64,000 nt of DNA from Candidatus Moraniibacteriota bacterium. GTDB taxonomy: Bacteria > Patescibacteriota > Minisyncoccia > Moranbacterales > DUUL01. This document shows positions 1 through 9,644 of this stretch, one piece after another. A model generated the notes under the pieces. The model worked only from the letters and a program-made list of their open reading frames with translations, ran no database searches and was not told the origin of the DNA. Made by a program: the position numbers and the translations under genes. The DNA lies in the NCBI GenBank assembly GCA_041583775.1, contig JBFHFF010000001.1, positions 27,528 to 91,527 of the forward strand, in the 5' to 3' direction. Numbering within the stretch: position 1 is the stretch's first letter; every line of letters starts with the position of its first letter.

Positions 1-271
1 CTTCTGTATTTGTATTTGTATTTGTATTTGTATTTGTGTTTTCGCTTGTCTGCTTCTTTGAGTTATTAATTGAAAATGATTGTGCTTTTTGAACTACACT
101 GATTTTATTTTCAGCCAAGGTATAAGAATTCAATTTTTGTTCCTTTTTCATTGAATCAAAATAGGGCTGTTCTTCATCAGTCTTTCTAATCTCTTTAGTT
201 TCTTGCTGTTTTAAATTTTTTTGAGGAATGAGGGATGCTAATCCTCTTCCTAGTCCACCCTGCTGAACCAT
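1..271 (-). CDS. parB: ParB/Spo0J chromosome partitioning protein, N-terminal part (runs off window start)
   Basis: Manual translation from ATG at 271: MVQQGGLGRGLASLIPQK..., the ParB N-terminal GLGRGLxxL motif; directly downstream of parA. Confidence 0.88.
   Translation of the reverse strand, partial: MVQQGGLGRGLASLIPQKNLKQQETKEIRKTDEEQPYFDSMKKEQKLNSYTLAENKISVVQKAQSFSINNSKKQTSENTNTNTNTNTNTE
6..41 (-). repeat. 6-bp tandem repeat (AATACA)n encoding an (Asn-Thr)6 tract inside ParB
   Basis: gtatttgtatttgtatttgtatttgtatttgtgttt on + strand, in frame in parB. Confidence 0.85.
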
Positions 272-319
272 TTTTATTTGTGCTAATTTTATTATTTCTC
301 CTTTAGAGTAGTAATTTTA

Positions 320-1090
320 TTAAGACTGTTCACTTCTGCTAACGACTTCATTTGCAAATTGTTTATATGCTCTAGCACCCTTGTTGAATCTATCAAAATG
401 AAGTATTGATTTTCCAAAACTTGGAGCTTCTGCAAGCTTCACTGTCCTTGGGATTACCGCATCAAAAACCTTTCCTGGAAAATGTTTTCTTACTTCTTTT
501 ACTACTTGATGAGCAAGTCTATTCCTTCTATCAAACATCGTCATCACAATTCCACCTAACTGTAGTTTTGGTTGTAAATGATCCTGCACGAGGTCAACGG
601 TATTCAAAAGCTGCCCAAGACCTTCTAGTGCAAAATATTCGGTTTGAACTGGGATAATAACCTCATCAGAAGCAACTAAACCATTAATGGTTAAGAGCCC
701 TAGACTTGGTGGTGAGTCAATAATAATAAAATCATACCGAGAGCGTAATTGTTGCAAAACATTATATAAACGATATTCCCTATTCTCCATCCCAGTTAAC
801 TCAACTGAAGCAGCTGCTAAATCTTGGTTTGAAGTTATAATGTCATGACTTAAAAAATCAGCTCTCACAATAACATTGTCTGGATGTTCATCCAAAACAA
901 GCATATGATAAAGGTTTTTATCAACACTCTTCGGGTCAATTCCTAGACCACTCGAAGCGTTTGATTGTGGATCAAGATCCACCAACAAAACCCTCTTGCC
1001 TAAATCAGCAAGATAAGTAACAAGATTAATGGCAGTAGTAGTTTTTCCTACTCCACCTTTTTGATTTACTAGTGATATTATTTTTCCCAT
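320..1090 (-). CDS. parA: ParA/Soj family ATPase
   Basis: NQKGGVGKTTT deviant Walker A, DLDPQ, IIDSPPSLG, LAEAPS; start refined to MGKIIS at 1090. Confidence 0.96.
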   Translation of the reverse strand: MGKIISLVNQKGGVGKTTTAINLVTYLADLGKRVLLVDLDPQSNASSGLGIDPKSVDKNLYHMLVLDEHPDNVIVRADFLSHDIITSNQDLAAASVELTGMENREYRLYNVLQQLRSRYDFIIIDSPPSLGLLTINGLVASDEVIIPVQTEYFALEGLGQLLNTVDLVQDHLQPKLQLGGIVMTMFDRRNRLAHQVVKEVRKHFPGKVFDAVIPRTVKLAEAPSFGKSILHFDRFNKGARAYKQFANEVVSRSEQS

Positions 1091-1180
1091 ATGCCCAATT
1101 ATATCCGAAAAGCAAGAACTTCGCAAACCAGAGAGGATGATGAGATATTTAAGCCCTATCAAAACTAGTAAGGACCTTAA

Positions 1181-1220
1181 AAAATAAAAACCCGCAGCAA
1201 AAGCTGCGGGTTTTTATTTT
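1181..1220. terminator. Intrinsic terminator downstream of rplL (symmetric)
   Basis: aaaataaaaacccgcagc-aaaa-gctgcgggtttttatttt perfect inverted repeat with A/T tails. Confidence 0.9.
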
Positions 1221-1249
1221 AGGATTTCTCCTTATTTGAAAAACGAAAA

Positions 1250-1672
1250 CTATTTCAATTCTACAGTAGCTCCAGCATCCTCAAGTTTCTTCTTCAACTC
1301 TTCAGCTTCCTCTTTAGCTACTTTTTCTTTAACAGCCTTTGGAGCTTCGTCTACAATAGCTTTAGCTTCTTTTAGACCAAGACCAGTAATTTCTTTCACA
1401 ACTTTGATAACATTGATTTTTGCATCACCAGCAGCAATCAAAACTACATCAAATTCTGATTTTTCATCAACAGCAGCTTCAGCACCACCAGCTACAGGAG
1501 CAGCCATTGCCATTGCAGGAGCAGCAGCAGTAACATTGAATTTATCTTCTAGAACTGTAACTAGCTCTGAAAGATCCAATACACTCATTTTTTCGATTTC
1601 TTCGATAATAGATTTGAATTTTGCAGGAACTTCAACTTCCTTTTTTTCTTCAACCTTTTTTTCTTCTGTCAT
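1250..1672 (-). CDS. rplL: 50S ribosomal protein L7/L12
   Basis: [10 protein letters not shown]..., [31 protein letters not shown]. Confidence 0.98.
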   Translation of the reverse strand: MTEEKKVEEKKEVEVPAKFKSIIEEIEKMSVLDLSELVTVLEDKFNVTAAAPAMAMAAPVAGGAEAAVDEKSEFDVVLIAAGDAKINVIKVVKEITGLGLKEAKAIVDEAPKAVKEKVAKEEAEELKKKLEDAGATVELK

Positions 1673-1739
1673 AACTTTGTAAAATTATTATTGATAAATA
1701 TTATTAACTAAATTAATAAACTAACTTATGCTTATACAC

Positions 1740-2264
1740 TTATGAGTTCCCTTTTGACTCTTTAATTGCATTTAATGCATAAACGATATTCCTTAGGTTC
1801 CCATTAAGTGCACCCACAAAACTTGTGATAGGAGCTTTGATTGTTCCCACAACTTGTCCAAGTAATTGTTCTTTTGTTGGAAGTTGTGCAAGACTCGTAA
1901 TTTCTTCAACCGTAATAGCCTTTCCCTCTAATGACCCAGCCTTAATTGTGAAAGCTTTGTTTAACTTTGAAAAATCAAAAGCTGCTTTTGAGGAGCAAAC
2001 TTCATCATCCCCTCCATAAATCACTGCAATTTGACCATCAATTTTTCTAATATCTAGCTCAATCTTTGCATTGTCGAAAGCTATCTGCGCAAATGTCTTC
2101 TTTATGACTTTCATATTTGCATTTTTTTCTCGCAGCGCTCTTCTCAACTTGCTAATCTCAGAAACATTCAACCCTTTGTAATCACAAACAATGGCGGTTG
2201 TGGTTTCTTTGAGATTTTTTGTAAGATCATCTACTAGAACCTCCTTGTCTTGGCGTTTAAGCAT
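1740..2264 (-). CDS. rplJ: 50S ribosomal protein L10
   Basis: DYKGLNVSEISKLRRALRE, LAQLPTKEQLLGQVVG; adjacent to rplL. Confidence 0.97.
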   Translation of the reverse strand: MLKRQDKEVLVDDLTKNLKETTTAIVCDYKGLNVSEISKLRRALREKNANMKVIKKTFAQIAFDNAKIELDIRKIDGQIAVIYGGDDEVCSSKAAFDFSKLNKAFTIKAGSLEGKAITVEEITSLAQLPTKEQLLGQVVGTIKAPITSFVGALNGNLRNIVYALNAIKESKGNS

Positions 2265-2299
2265 TTGTCTTATTTTAATCTTTAATTATCTCTTATAAT

Positions 2300-2410
2300 A
2301 AACAAAAAACTACGCATAACGCAGTTTAAATAGAAGTAAACAACCCTTTTGGGATCTTGTTTTACTCCTACTTGGGGCTTACTTTTTCGCCCAAGGTCTG
2401 CGGAATACTT
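2300..2410 (-). promoter_or_regulatory. L10 leader (autogenous r-protein regulatory RNA)
   Basis: Minus strand ccgcAGACcttgggc-gaaaaagtaa-gccccaagtagg followed by a further stem, directly 5' of rplJ; resembles the L10_leader architecture. Confidence 0.65.
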
Positions 2411-2468
2411 TTAAAATGTTATCACAATTTTAGAATTTGTCAACTAATCATTTTTGTTTTATAAGGAA

Positions 2469-3122
2469 TCAAAGATTTATCAATTCTAAAAGTCCAATAC
2501 CTATAATATAACGAGAGAGAAATCCAGCTGCTGAAAAAATTGCCAATGTTATTACATTTCTAGCCATAAACAAAAACACAACCAATATTACCAATGCATT
2601 TTTCTCTAATGTCTGTTTTGTATATTCTGAAATTGGTAAAAAAGCAAATAAAAGTTTTGAGCCGTCCAATGGCGGAACTGGAAATAGGTTGAAGACCATA
2701 AGCGCCGTATTAATAATAAATACAAGCGAAAGGGTGTGAGCTAAAAGTCCATCTGCAGTTCCAGAAACAAGTAATATTCGCAAAAAAATACCGCTCAATA
2801 TGATAAGTGCCAAATTCGACAAAGGGCCCGCAACACCCACAATCGCTGGTCCATATTTCTGATTCTTAAGATTATAAGGATTGTAAGGGACCGGCTTCGC
2901 CCAGCCAAAAACAAATCCTGCACCCGAGATTGTCAAAAATAAAGGCACTATAAATGATCCCCACAAATCCAAATGATTTAAAGGGTTTAGTGTCAATCTT
3001 CCAGCATATTTTGCGGTTGGATCCCCCAAACGATATGCAGCGAAACCATGAGAAACTTCATGAATCACTACGGAAAAAATTAAAACTGCAATTTGTAGAA
3101 ATATCCCAGTACTAGAATCCAT
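2469..3122 (-). CDS. Site-2 protease family (peptidase M50) membrane metalloprotease
   Basis: HEVSH zinc motif, GDPTAK..GRLTLNP, NLFPVPPLDG. Confidence 0.95.
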   Translation of the reverse strand: MDSSTGIFLQIAVLIFSVVIHEVSHGFAAYRLGDPTAKYAGRLTLNPLNHLDLWGSFIVPLFLTISGAGFVFGWAKPVPYNPYNLKNQKYGPAIVGVAGPLSNLALIILSGIFLRILLVSGTADGLLAHTLSLVFIINTALMVFNLFPVPPLDGSKLLFAFLPISEYTKQTLEKNALVILVVFLFMARNVITLAIFSAAGFLSRYIIGIGLLELINL

Positions 3123-3314
3123 AGATAATTATTTAAAACTTCTTATTATTTACATTATTGTTTATACAGAATAAACAAATTTATCTTCTTACGCAAGCTA
3201 AAATATAAATATAAAATAGCTATTTTATAAAAAAGATTGACAAAATGCCTTGATATTGGTATTCTGTTACTTGTTAAGTTTACAATACATTTTATAACTA
3301 TTCAAGGTAGATAT

Positions 3315-3488
3315 ATGGCACGTTGCAGCGCTTGCGGTAAGAAGACTATGTCAGGAAACTCACGTTCTCATTCAAATATCGCTACAAAAAGAACTTTCAA
3401 AGCCAACATTCAGACAAAGCACATTGATGGCAAAAAAGTCAAGATTTGCACAAAATGCATCAAGACTATGAATAAGGTTACTAAATAA
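3315..3488 (+). CDS. rpmB: 50S ribosomal protein L28 (Zn-ribbon CxxC..CxxC form)
   Basis: MARCSACGKKTMSGNSRSHSNIATKRTFKANIQ...CTKCIK; start refined to ATG 3315. Confidence 0.96.
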   Translation: MARCSACGKKTMSGNSRSHSNIATKRTFKANIQTKHIDGKKVKICTKCIKTMNKVTK

Positions 3489-3519
3489 AGTTATTATTTC
3501 TTTATTTCACAAAATCACG

Positions 3520-3548
3520 AAAGCCACCAGTTTTCTGAGGGCTTTTTT
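3520..3548 (+). terminator. Probable intrinsic terminator after rpmB
   Basis: aagcc-accagttttctgag-ggctttttt imperfect hairpin plus T-run. Confidence 0.55.
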
Positions 3549-3615
3549 GCTATTTATTGAAAAATTCCACAAATTTAGACATTCCACTTCCCTTAAAATA
3601 TATTAGAAAATAATC

Positions 3616-3774
3616 TTGACAAAAGACTTCATTTGACTATAATTATTTTTGCGTGATGGATGAAATTGTTGTTTTTAGTTACTTCCGCCTAGCCGCAGAA
3701 AAAAACAAGGAAAACGACGATGTCTATCACCAACGCCTGGGTACATACATTTTTTGTACCCAGGCATATTTTTT
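3616..3774 (+). promoter_or_regulatory. Sigma70 promoter + structured leader/sRNA with 10-codon uORF (MKLLFLVTSA, 3660-3692) + intrinsic terminator
   Basis: TTGACA 3616-3621, TATAAT 3638-3643; long G-U-rich hairpin 3653-3730; terminator gcctgggtaca...tgtacccaggc-atatttttt 3735-3774. Confidence 0.6.
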
Positions 3775-3898
3775 AAATAAACAAACTCATTAATTTATTT
3801 TATTTTAAATTTTTTACAGATACATCTTTCTCTTGCCAGAAACCAGAAAAAGGTTTATTATAAATTATTTACTAATTCGCCAAATCATCAATAATGCC

Positions 3899-5191
3899 AT
3901 GAAAATTAACACAAAAGACCAACTCATCTTTGACATTGCCGTTATTGGTGGTGGAGCTTCTGGAATGATGGCTGCTATTTGGGCAGCTGAATCCGGTGCC
4001 AAAGTTGCACTCATTGAAAAAAATCAAAAATTGGGAAAAAAACTTCTGATAACAGGAAAGGGTCGCTGTAATATTACTCAAGAGAATTTCACAAAAGACA
4101 CTCTTTTGGAAAATATTGGAAGAAATGGAAAATTCCTCTTCTCTTCCTTTGCAAAGTTTAGCGTCGAAGATGCCAAAAAATTCTTCGAGGAAGAAGGAGT
4201 TGAACTAAAGATTGAAAGAGGTGGACGGATTTTTCCAAAATCAGATTCCGCAGAAGAAATTGTTACTGCACTTAGAAATCGTCTCGCAAAAAATAAGGTT
4301 GTTGCTATTCGTAATAATAAAATTGTTGCTATTCAAAACAAAGATGGTTTCATTACAGGACTTTCAACAAAAAAAGGAACTGTATTAGCAAAACAATTCA
4401 TTCTTTGTACTGGAGGAAAGTCTTATTCTGGAACTGGATCAACCGGTGATGGATATACTTGGGCAAAAGAAATGGGACATTCTGTTATCGAGCCCATGCC
4501 TGCACTAACTCCAATGAAAACTCGTGATAAATGGATTGAGATGGTGACTGGTCTTACTTTAAAAAATGTAGGATTGCAGGTAACGCAAAAAGGGATAAAA
4601 AAAGATGAAAGATTTGGTGATATGCTTTTTACACACTTTGGTGTTAGTGGCCCAATAGTTTTAGATATGAGCAAAAAAGTCGGTCAATTATTAAAAGAAG
4701 GTGAGGTTCAACTCTCCATTGATTTAAAACCAGCTCTGGATTTTGAAGCGCTTGATAAGAGAATACAACGAGACTTTCAAAAGTATCAAAACAAACAATT
4801 CAAAAACTCTCTTGAGGATCTTTTTCCTAAAAGATTGATTCCCGTGATGATTAGTCTTTCAAAGATTAATTCAGAAAAAAAGGTTAATAAAATTTCTAAA
4901 GAAGAAAGGCAAAATCTTGTAAAATTAACCAAAAATCTCCTCTTAAATGTTACTGAATTAGAAGGGTTTGGTCATGCCATCATCACAGCCGGAGGAATTA
5001 ATTTGAAAGAAGTTAATTCACAAACAATGAGGTCTAGAAAAATTGAAAATCTATATTTCGGAGGAGAAGTTCTCGACCTTGATGGTCCAACGGGGGGATA
5101 TAATCTTCAAATTTGCTGGAGCACTGGACATCTCGCTGGAATAAGCGCAGCAAAAGCAATCGAAACGCTTGAGAGCGAAATTGAAGAATAG
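3899..5191 (+). CDS. HI0933/YhiN (BaiN) family flavoprotein
   Basis: IGGGASGMMAA FAD motif, GKKLLITGKGRCNIT, LFTHFGVSGP, DLDGPTGGYNLQ. Confidence 0.95.
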   Translation: MKINTKDQLIFDIAVIGGGASGMMAAIWAAESGAKVALIEKNQKLGKKLLITGKGRCNITQENFTKDTLLENIGRNGKFLFSSFAKFSVEDAKKFFEEEGVELKIERGGRIFPKSDSAEEIVTALRNRLAKNKVVAIRNNKIVAIQNKDGFITGLSTKKGTVLAKQFILCTGGKSYSGTGSTGDGYTWAKEMGHSVIEPMPALTPMKTRDKWIEMVTGLTLKNVGLQVTQKGIKKDERFGDMLFTHFGVSGPIVLDMSKKVGQLLKEGEVQLSIDLKPALDFEALDKRIQRDFQKYQNKQFKNSLEDLFPKRLIPVMISLSKINSEKKVNKISKEERQNLVKLTKNLLLNVTELEGFGHAIITAGGINLKEVNSQTMRSRKIENLYFGGEVLDLDGPTGGYNLQICWSTGHLAGISAAKAIETLESEIEE

Positions 5192-5357
5192 TTTTTAAAA
5201 AAACATTTTCAGTATTGCAAAAAATAAGAGTAGGTAATATTTTAATTACGGGTCACATTCTTTGTTAATTTAAAGAACTTTACCAACTAATAAAATACTA
5301 CCTACTTTTATTTTTAATTCGCAGTTAGCAATTTAAAGATTCCAATAGAAAATTAAA

Positions 5358-6014
5358 TTAAATGCTAAGAAGTTTTTTCACTATTGGACACTCTTCGTGT
5401 TTATGTTTTTTCGCTGGGCAAAATTTCCTTCCATAGTCAATTAGTCTGTGATTAAAATTAAGCCATTCTTTTTTAGGTACAATTTGAATTAAATCTTGTT
5501 CGATTTTTTCTGGATTTTTCTCCGTCGTTAATCCGTGTAAAATGGAAAGTCTTCTAACATGGGTGTCCACAGCAATTCCTTCGATCCTTCCGAATCCATC
5601 TCCTAGAACAATATTTGCGGTTTTCCTTGCAACCCCTGGCAGCGTGAGTAGTTCCTCCATTGAATCAGGGACTTTTCCTTTAAAATTTTTCTTAATTATT
5701 TTAGTTGTTGCAAGAATATTTTTTGCTTTATTTCGATAAAAACCAGTTGAATGGATATCTTGTTCAAACTCCCTTATATTCGCCTTTGAATAATCATCAA
5801 TTGTTTTGTATTTTTTAAAAAGCTTCTCGGTCACTTCATTAACTTTTTTATCAGTGCACTGGGCAGACAAAACAACAGCAATTAAAAGCTCCAATGTATT
5901 AGAAAAATTAAGCGCAATTTTTGACTTGGGAAAAAGTTCTTCTAATTCCTTGATTATGATTAGTGCTATTTTTTTTCTCTTATCAAGTTCTTTTTTTGAA
6001 ATTTCTTTTTTCAT
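5358..6014 (-). CDS. nth: Endonuclease III
   Basis: LLIAVVLSAQCTD, HhH LPGVARKTANIVL, AVDTHV. Confidence 0.96.
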   Translation of the reverse strand: MKKEISKKELDKRKKIALIIIKELEELFPKSKIALNFSNTLELLIAVVLSAQCTDKKVNEVTEKLFKKYKTIDDYSKANIREFEQDIHSTGFYRNKAKNILATTKIIKKNFKGKVPDSMEELLTLPGVARKTANIVLGDGFGRIEGIAVDTHVRRLSILHGLTTEKNPEKIEQDLIQIVPKKEWLNFNHRLIDYGRKFCPAKKHKHEECPIVKKLLSI

Positions 6015-6679
6015 TTTGCTAGTTCTGATTTAAAAAGTTCCTCTGGAGAAACAGCATCTTCAATCCTAAAATCACCCACTCTTGTTCGCACTAACCGAGT
6101 CAAATAACCACCTGTTTTCAATTTCTCCCCAATTTCCCTTGCCAAAGATCTAATGTAAACACCTGGACCAGTAACAACTCGGAGTTGCAAAGTTGGCCAT
6201 TCATAAGCAAGAATATCGATTCTTTCAATATATACAAATCTTGGTGGTGGTGTAAATTTCTCTCCTCTCCTAGCCTTTTTATACCCTTCTTCCCCACCAC
6301 CAACTTTCGCAGCGCTATATACTGGAGTTGTTTGAATAATTTCTCCTGTAAATTCTTTTTTTAACTTCTCTATCTCTTTTATTGTTGGAATTTTTTCACA
6401 GGCGATTTCAGTTTTCTCACCCTCTTCATCATCAGTAACGCTTGTCATTCCAAGTTTTATATCAGCTAGATATTCTTTTTCTTTTGCCACAACCTCACTT
6501 ATCTGTTTGGTATATTCACGCCCCACTGCAACAACTAAAACTCCTTCTGCCAAAGGATCTAATGTGCCAGCATGCCCTATCTTCTCTTTTTTAGTGCCAC
6601 CAACTAAGCGTTTAATTTGTCCTACAATTGCATAAGAGGTTGGACCTTTAGGCTTATTAATTGCAAAAATTCCTTTCAT
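6011..6679 (-). CDS. truB: tRNA pseudouridine(55) synthase (short form)
   Basis: INKPKGPTS, GHAGTLDPLAEG, GVYIRSLA, LVRTRVG. Confidence 0.96.
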   Translation of the reverse strand: MKGIFAINKPKGPTSYAIVGQIKRLVGGTKKEKIGHAGTLDPLAEGVLVVAVGREYTKQISEVVAKEKEYLADIKLGMTSVTDDEEGEKTEIACEKIPTIKEIEKLKKEFTGEIIQTTPVYSAAKVGGGEEGYKKARRGEKFTPPPRFVYIERIDILAYEWPTLQLRVVTGPGVYIRSLAREIGEKLKTGGYLTRLVRTRVGDFRIEDAVSPEELFKSELAK

Positions 6680-6680
6680 T

Positions 6681-7277
6681 TTATAGTTTATATTTAATCT
6701 TAAACGATCCCTCTCTTAAAATATTCACTTTATTGTCTAAGATTTGAATTAAAGTTGATGTCTTGTTAACGATTTTTCCTCCATCAACATAGAATTCTAC
6801 TTTTCCTTTGAAATATTCCTTAGCCTCTACTATTGTATTTGCTTGTGATTCTCCCTGCGGATTAGCGCTGGTTGCAACAAGTGGACCAGTTTTTTTTAGA
6901 AAATTTAAAAATTTTCCTTCTCTTGGAAGACGAAAAGCAATAGACTGAAGACCTCTGTGTAAATACCTAAATCCTTCTTCTTCACACTTTAAGACAACAC
7001 TCACTTCACCTGGCCAAAAATTTTTAATTTTTTCCTCAACTGACTTTTCCAACTTTATTCCAAACAACTTAAGATCTGAAATTTTAGAAATTGTCACAAT
7101 AAATGGTTTATTTAATTCTCTTTTACAAATTGTATATACCCTCTCCACAGATTCAGGATTTGTTGCACTACAAACAATGCCATAAACTGTGTCTGTTGGG
7201 ATAACCCCTATTTCACCTTTTATAATTCGTTCAACCAACTCTTTTTCAAATTTTTTAAATTCACCAATTCTTTTCAT
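6681..7277 (-). CDS. tsaC: L-threonylcarbamoyladenylate synthase (TsaC/YrdC)
   Basis: PTDTVYGI, KRELNKP, WPG, LVATSAN, ILREG; start uncertain (TTG 7289 or ATG 7277). Confidence 0.93.
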   Translation of the reverse strand: MKRIGEFKKFEKELVERIIKGEIGVIPTDTVYGIVCSATNPESVERVYTICKRELNKPFIVTISKISDLKLFGIKLEKSVEEKIKNFWPGEVSVVLKCEEEGFRYLHRGLQSIAFRLPREGKFLNFLKKTGPLVATSANPQGESQANTIVEAKEYFKGKVEFYVDGGKIVNKTSTLIQILDNKVNILREGSFKIKYKL

Positions 7278-7384
7278 CTGCCCTTCCAAATTGTTATTTT
7301 ATTTTTTAAGCTAAATGCAGAAAAATAATAACACAAAAAATTCAAAAAATCGATTTAAATACTACGATTTCAATACTTCTTCTG

Positions 7385-8653
7385 TTATAATCTTCCCCTA
7401 AACCTCATTATTTCTTCTACTTTTAAAATAGCTGTAGCAAAAGCTGCAGTGTGATAATCAACTTTGAGTTTATTTTTGGTTTTATGTAAATCAGCAAAAG
7501 CTTCTTTCATTTTATTTTCAATTTTTTGTAGAACTTTCTCAGAATTCCATCTGTCTCCGGAGTTATTCTGCACCCATTCGAAAAAACTTCCCACTACGCC
7601 TCCTGCATTTGCAAGAATTCCAGGAAGAATAACAGTTCCCTTTGAAAAAAGAATTTCATTGGCATCAAAAGTAACTGGCCCATTTGCAATTTCCAAAATA
7701 ATTTTAGCCTTTATTTTTTTTGCATTTTTTTTGTTGATTTGATTTTCCAATGCAGCTGGAACTAAAATATCAACTCCTAACTCCAGCAATGCTTCATTAG
7801 ATATTTTATCAAATTCTCCTTTTAAATTAGATATTGTTAGTTTTTTATTTTTTGACTTTTTCTTCTGATAAATATCTAAAATTTTATCAATATCCAAACC
7901 ATCATTTTTAAAAATTCCCCCTTTTGAATCTGAAATTGCCACAATTTTATACCCTTTTTTAACAAGAATTCTTGCTGCATTTGCTCCAGCATTACCAGCC
8001 CCCTGGATGGCAATTCTAATTTCAGAATTCTTTTTTCCAAGATTGTTCTTGGTCTTCAAAAACTCCTCCAGCACCACAATACCTCCAAATGCCGTTGCAA
8101 TGTCACGACCAGAACTTCCGCCAAAACTAAGTGGCTTACCCGTAAAAGAAGCTGGTAAATAATCATTGGAAAGGATATTGAATTGATCAGCCATCCAAGC
8201 CATAATTCTCCCATCAGTATTAATATCAGGTGCTGGAATATCTTTTTTTGGTCCTATTAAGCTAAAAACTCCATTAACATAGGCACGAGAGAGTCTTTCT
8301 AGTTCCCTTTCTGATAATTTTTTAGGATCCACATTAATTCCACCCTTGGCACCCCCATATGGCAAATTCACAATTGAATTTTTCAAAGTCATTAAAGTTG
8401 CTAATGCCTTTACTTCGTTTAAATAAGTGTCTGGATGAAACCTGATTCCGCCCTTAAAGGGACCTGGAGCATCATTGTGTTGCACTCGATATGCTTGATA
8501 TGTTTCAAGATCACCATTATCACGCTTTAAGATCAAAGAAAGTTGAATAGTTCTTTGTGGTCTCAAAATGGCATTTTTAATTTGTTCTGGTAACTTTATA
8601 ACACTACTAGCTTTCTCAAATCTTCGCATAACATCATTACAAAAACTTTCCAT
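7385..8653 (-). CDS. gdhA: Glu/Leu/Phe/Val dehydrogenase (glutamate dehydrogenase)
   Basis: GPFKGGIRFHP, GGAKGG, DIPAPD, QGAGNAG, ANAGGV. Confidence 0.94.
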   Translation of the reverse strand: MESFCNDVMRRFEKASSVIKLPEQIKNAILRPQRTIQLSLILKRDNGDLETYQAYRVQHNDAPGPFKGGIRFHPDTYLNEVKALATLMTLKNSIVNLPYGGAKGGINVDPKKLSERELERLSRAYVNGVFSLIGPKKDIPAPDINTDGRIMAWMADQFNILSNDYLPASFTGKPLSFGGSSGRDIATAFGGIVVLEEFLKTKNNLGKKNSEIRIAIQGAGNAGANAARILVKKGYKIVAISDSKGGIFKNDGLDIDKILDIYQKKKSKNKKLTISNLKGEFDKISNEALLELGVDILVPAALENQINKKNAKKIKAKIILEIANGPVTFDANEILFSKGTVILPGILANAGGVVGSFFEWVQNNSGDRWNSEKVLQKIENKMKEAFADLHKTKNKLKVDYHTAAFATAILKVEEIMRFRGRL

Positions 8654-8715
8654 TTTTTTGTCTTATTTTTTATAAAAATCATTCTATTTTTTTAAAAAAA
8701 TTAAACAATTATGCT

Positions 8716-9363
8716 TTAAATTTTTTTATCTTGCGCCCGTAATGAATCTTCTTCCAAATCTCTTAAATCTTTTTCTAATTGATTTAAATTATTTTTTTGA
8801 TCATCATTCATCAACGAATCATCTTTTTCTATAATTCTTGAATCATAGGCGAATGCCCCTCCCACACTCTTAATTGTTGCTATATCAGAAATATCTTCTC
8901 TCATAAAACTCTCCGCATATGCTAAATACAGCATAGCAAAAACATTCACAAATGGAATAGCCGCAAGAACTCCTACCCATCTAGGTTTAGAAAGTTTTAT
9001 AGCTAACTGAATCCAAATCGTAATTCCAAACAAAAAACCCACAACTGGAATAAAAAATAAAAAAATTAAAGATTGTGATTTATTAACAATTTTCAAAAGC
9101 AAAGACAAGTTCAAAAGAGGAACCCAGGCATACCAATCGTTTGAAACTCTTGTTTTTTTTGCAATCTTTTGCAAAGAAATTGCCAAAATAAAATAAGTGA
9201 TGACACTCCCCGTTACAAAAAAGAAGAATAATGGGCCTTCAAATTTCATCATACCCCCCAAATTATAATAGAAAGGCAAATCAAAATCCTGATACATATC
9301 AATTTGAGAAGTGTAACTTTCAATATCTAACGGATCGCCATTATCCGAATAATTATTGCTCAT
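8716..9363 (-). CDS. Membrane protein, DUF5684-like
   Basis: LQKIAKK...WYAWVPLLN...LFFIPVVG repeated hydrophobic pattern. Confidence 0.65.
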   Translation of the reverse strand: MSNNYSDNGDPLDIESYTSQIDMYQDFDLPFYYNLGGMMKFEGPLFFFFVTGSVITYFILAISLQKIAKKTRVSNDWYAWVPLLNLSLLLKIVNKSQSLIFLFFIPVVGFLFGITIWIQLAIKLSKPRWVGVLAAIPFVNVFAMLYLAYAESFMREDISDIATIKSVGGAFAYDSRIIEKDDSLMNDDQKNNLNQLEKDLRDLEEDSLRAQDKKI

Positions 9364-9420
9364 TTTTTTATTTTAAACTTATGGACGACTATCACAATCG
9401 CCTTATCACAAAAACAATAC

Positions 9421-9494
9421 TGGTCGGGCCGCCGAGAGTCGAACTCGGGCTACACACACCCCATGCGCGCGTACTACCGTTATACTACGGCCCG
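9421..9494 (-). tRNA. tRNA-Pro(GGG)
   Basis: Cloverleaf CGGGCCG...CGGCCCG-A-CCA, T-loop GTTCGAC, anticodon loop ATGGGGT (A32/U38 typical of Pro-GGG); encoded CCA. Confidence 0.95.
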
Positions 9495-9644
9495 TTTGTT
9501 AAAAATACTCTTTTGCTCTAAGTATGCTTTAAAAAATCCCAATTTTTCCTCTTTCGTTTATTTTTGAGATTTTTTTGTGCTTACACTTTTTTATTATACA
9601 CTTTTTTTATATTATTTTTAAATCTCTTCCGAACTAGTCTTTTC

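Noticed and set aside
9231-9521. 96-aa ORF on the + strand
   Set aside because: Antisense overlap with tRNA-Pro and the membrane protein gene
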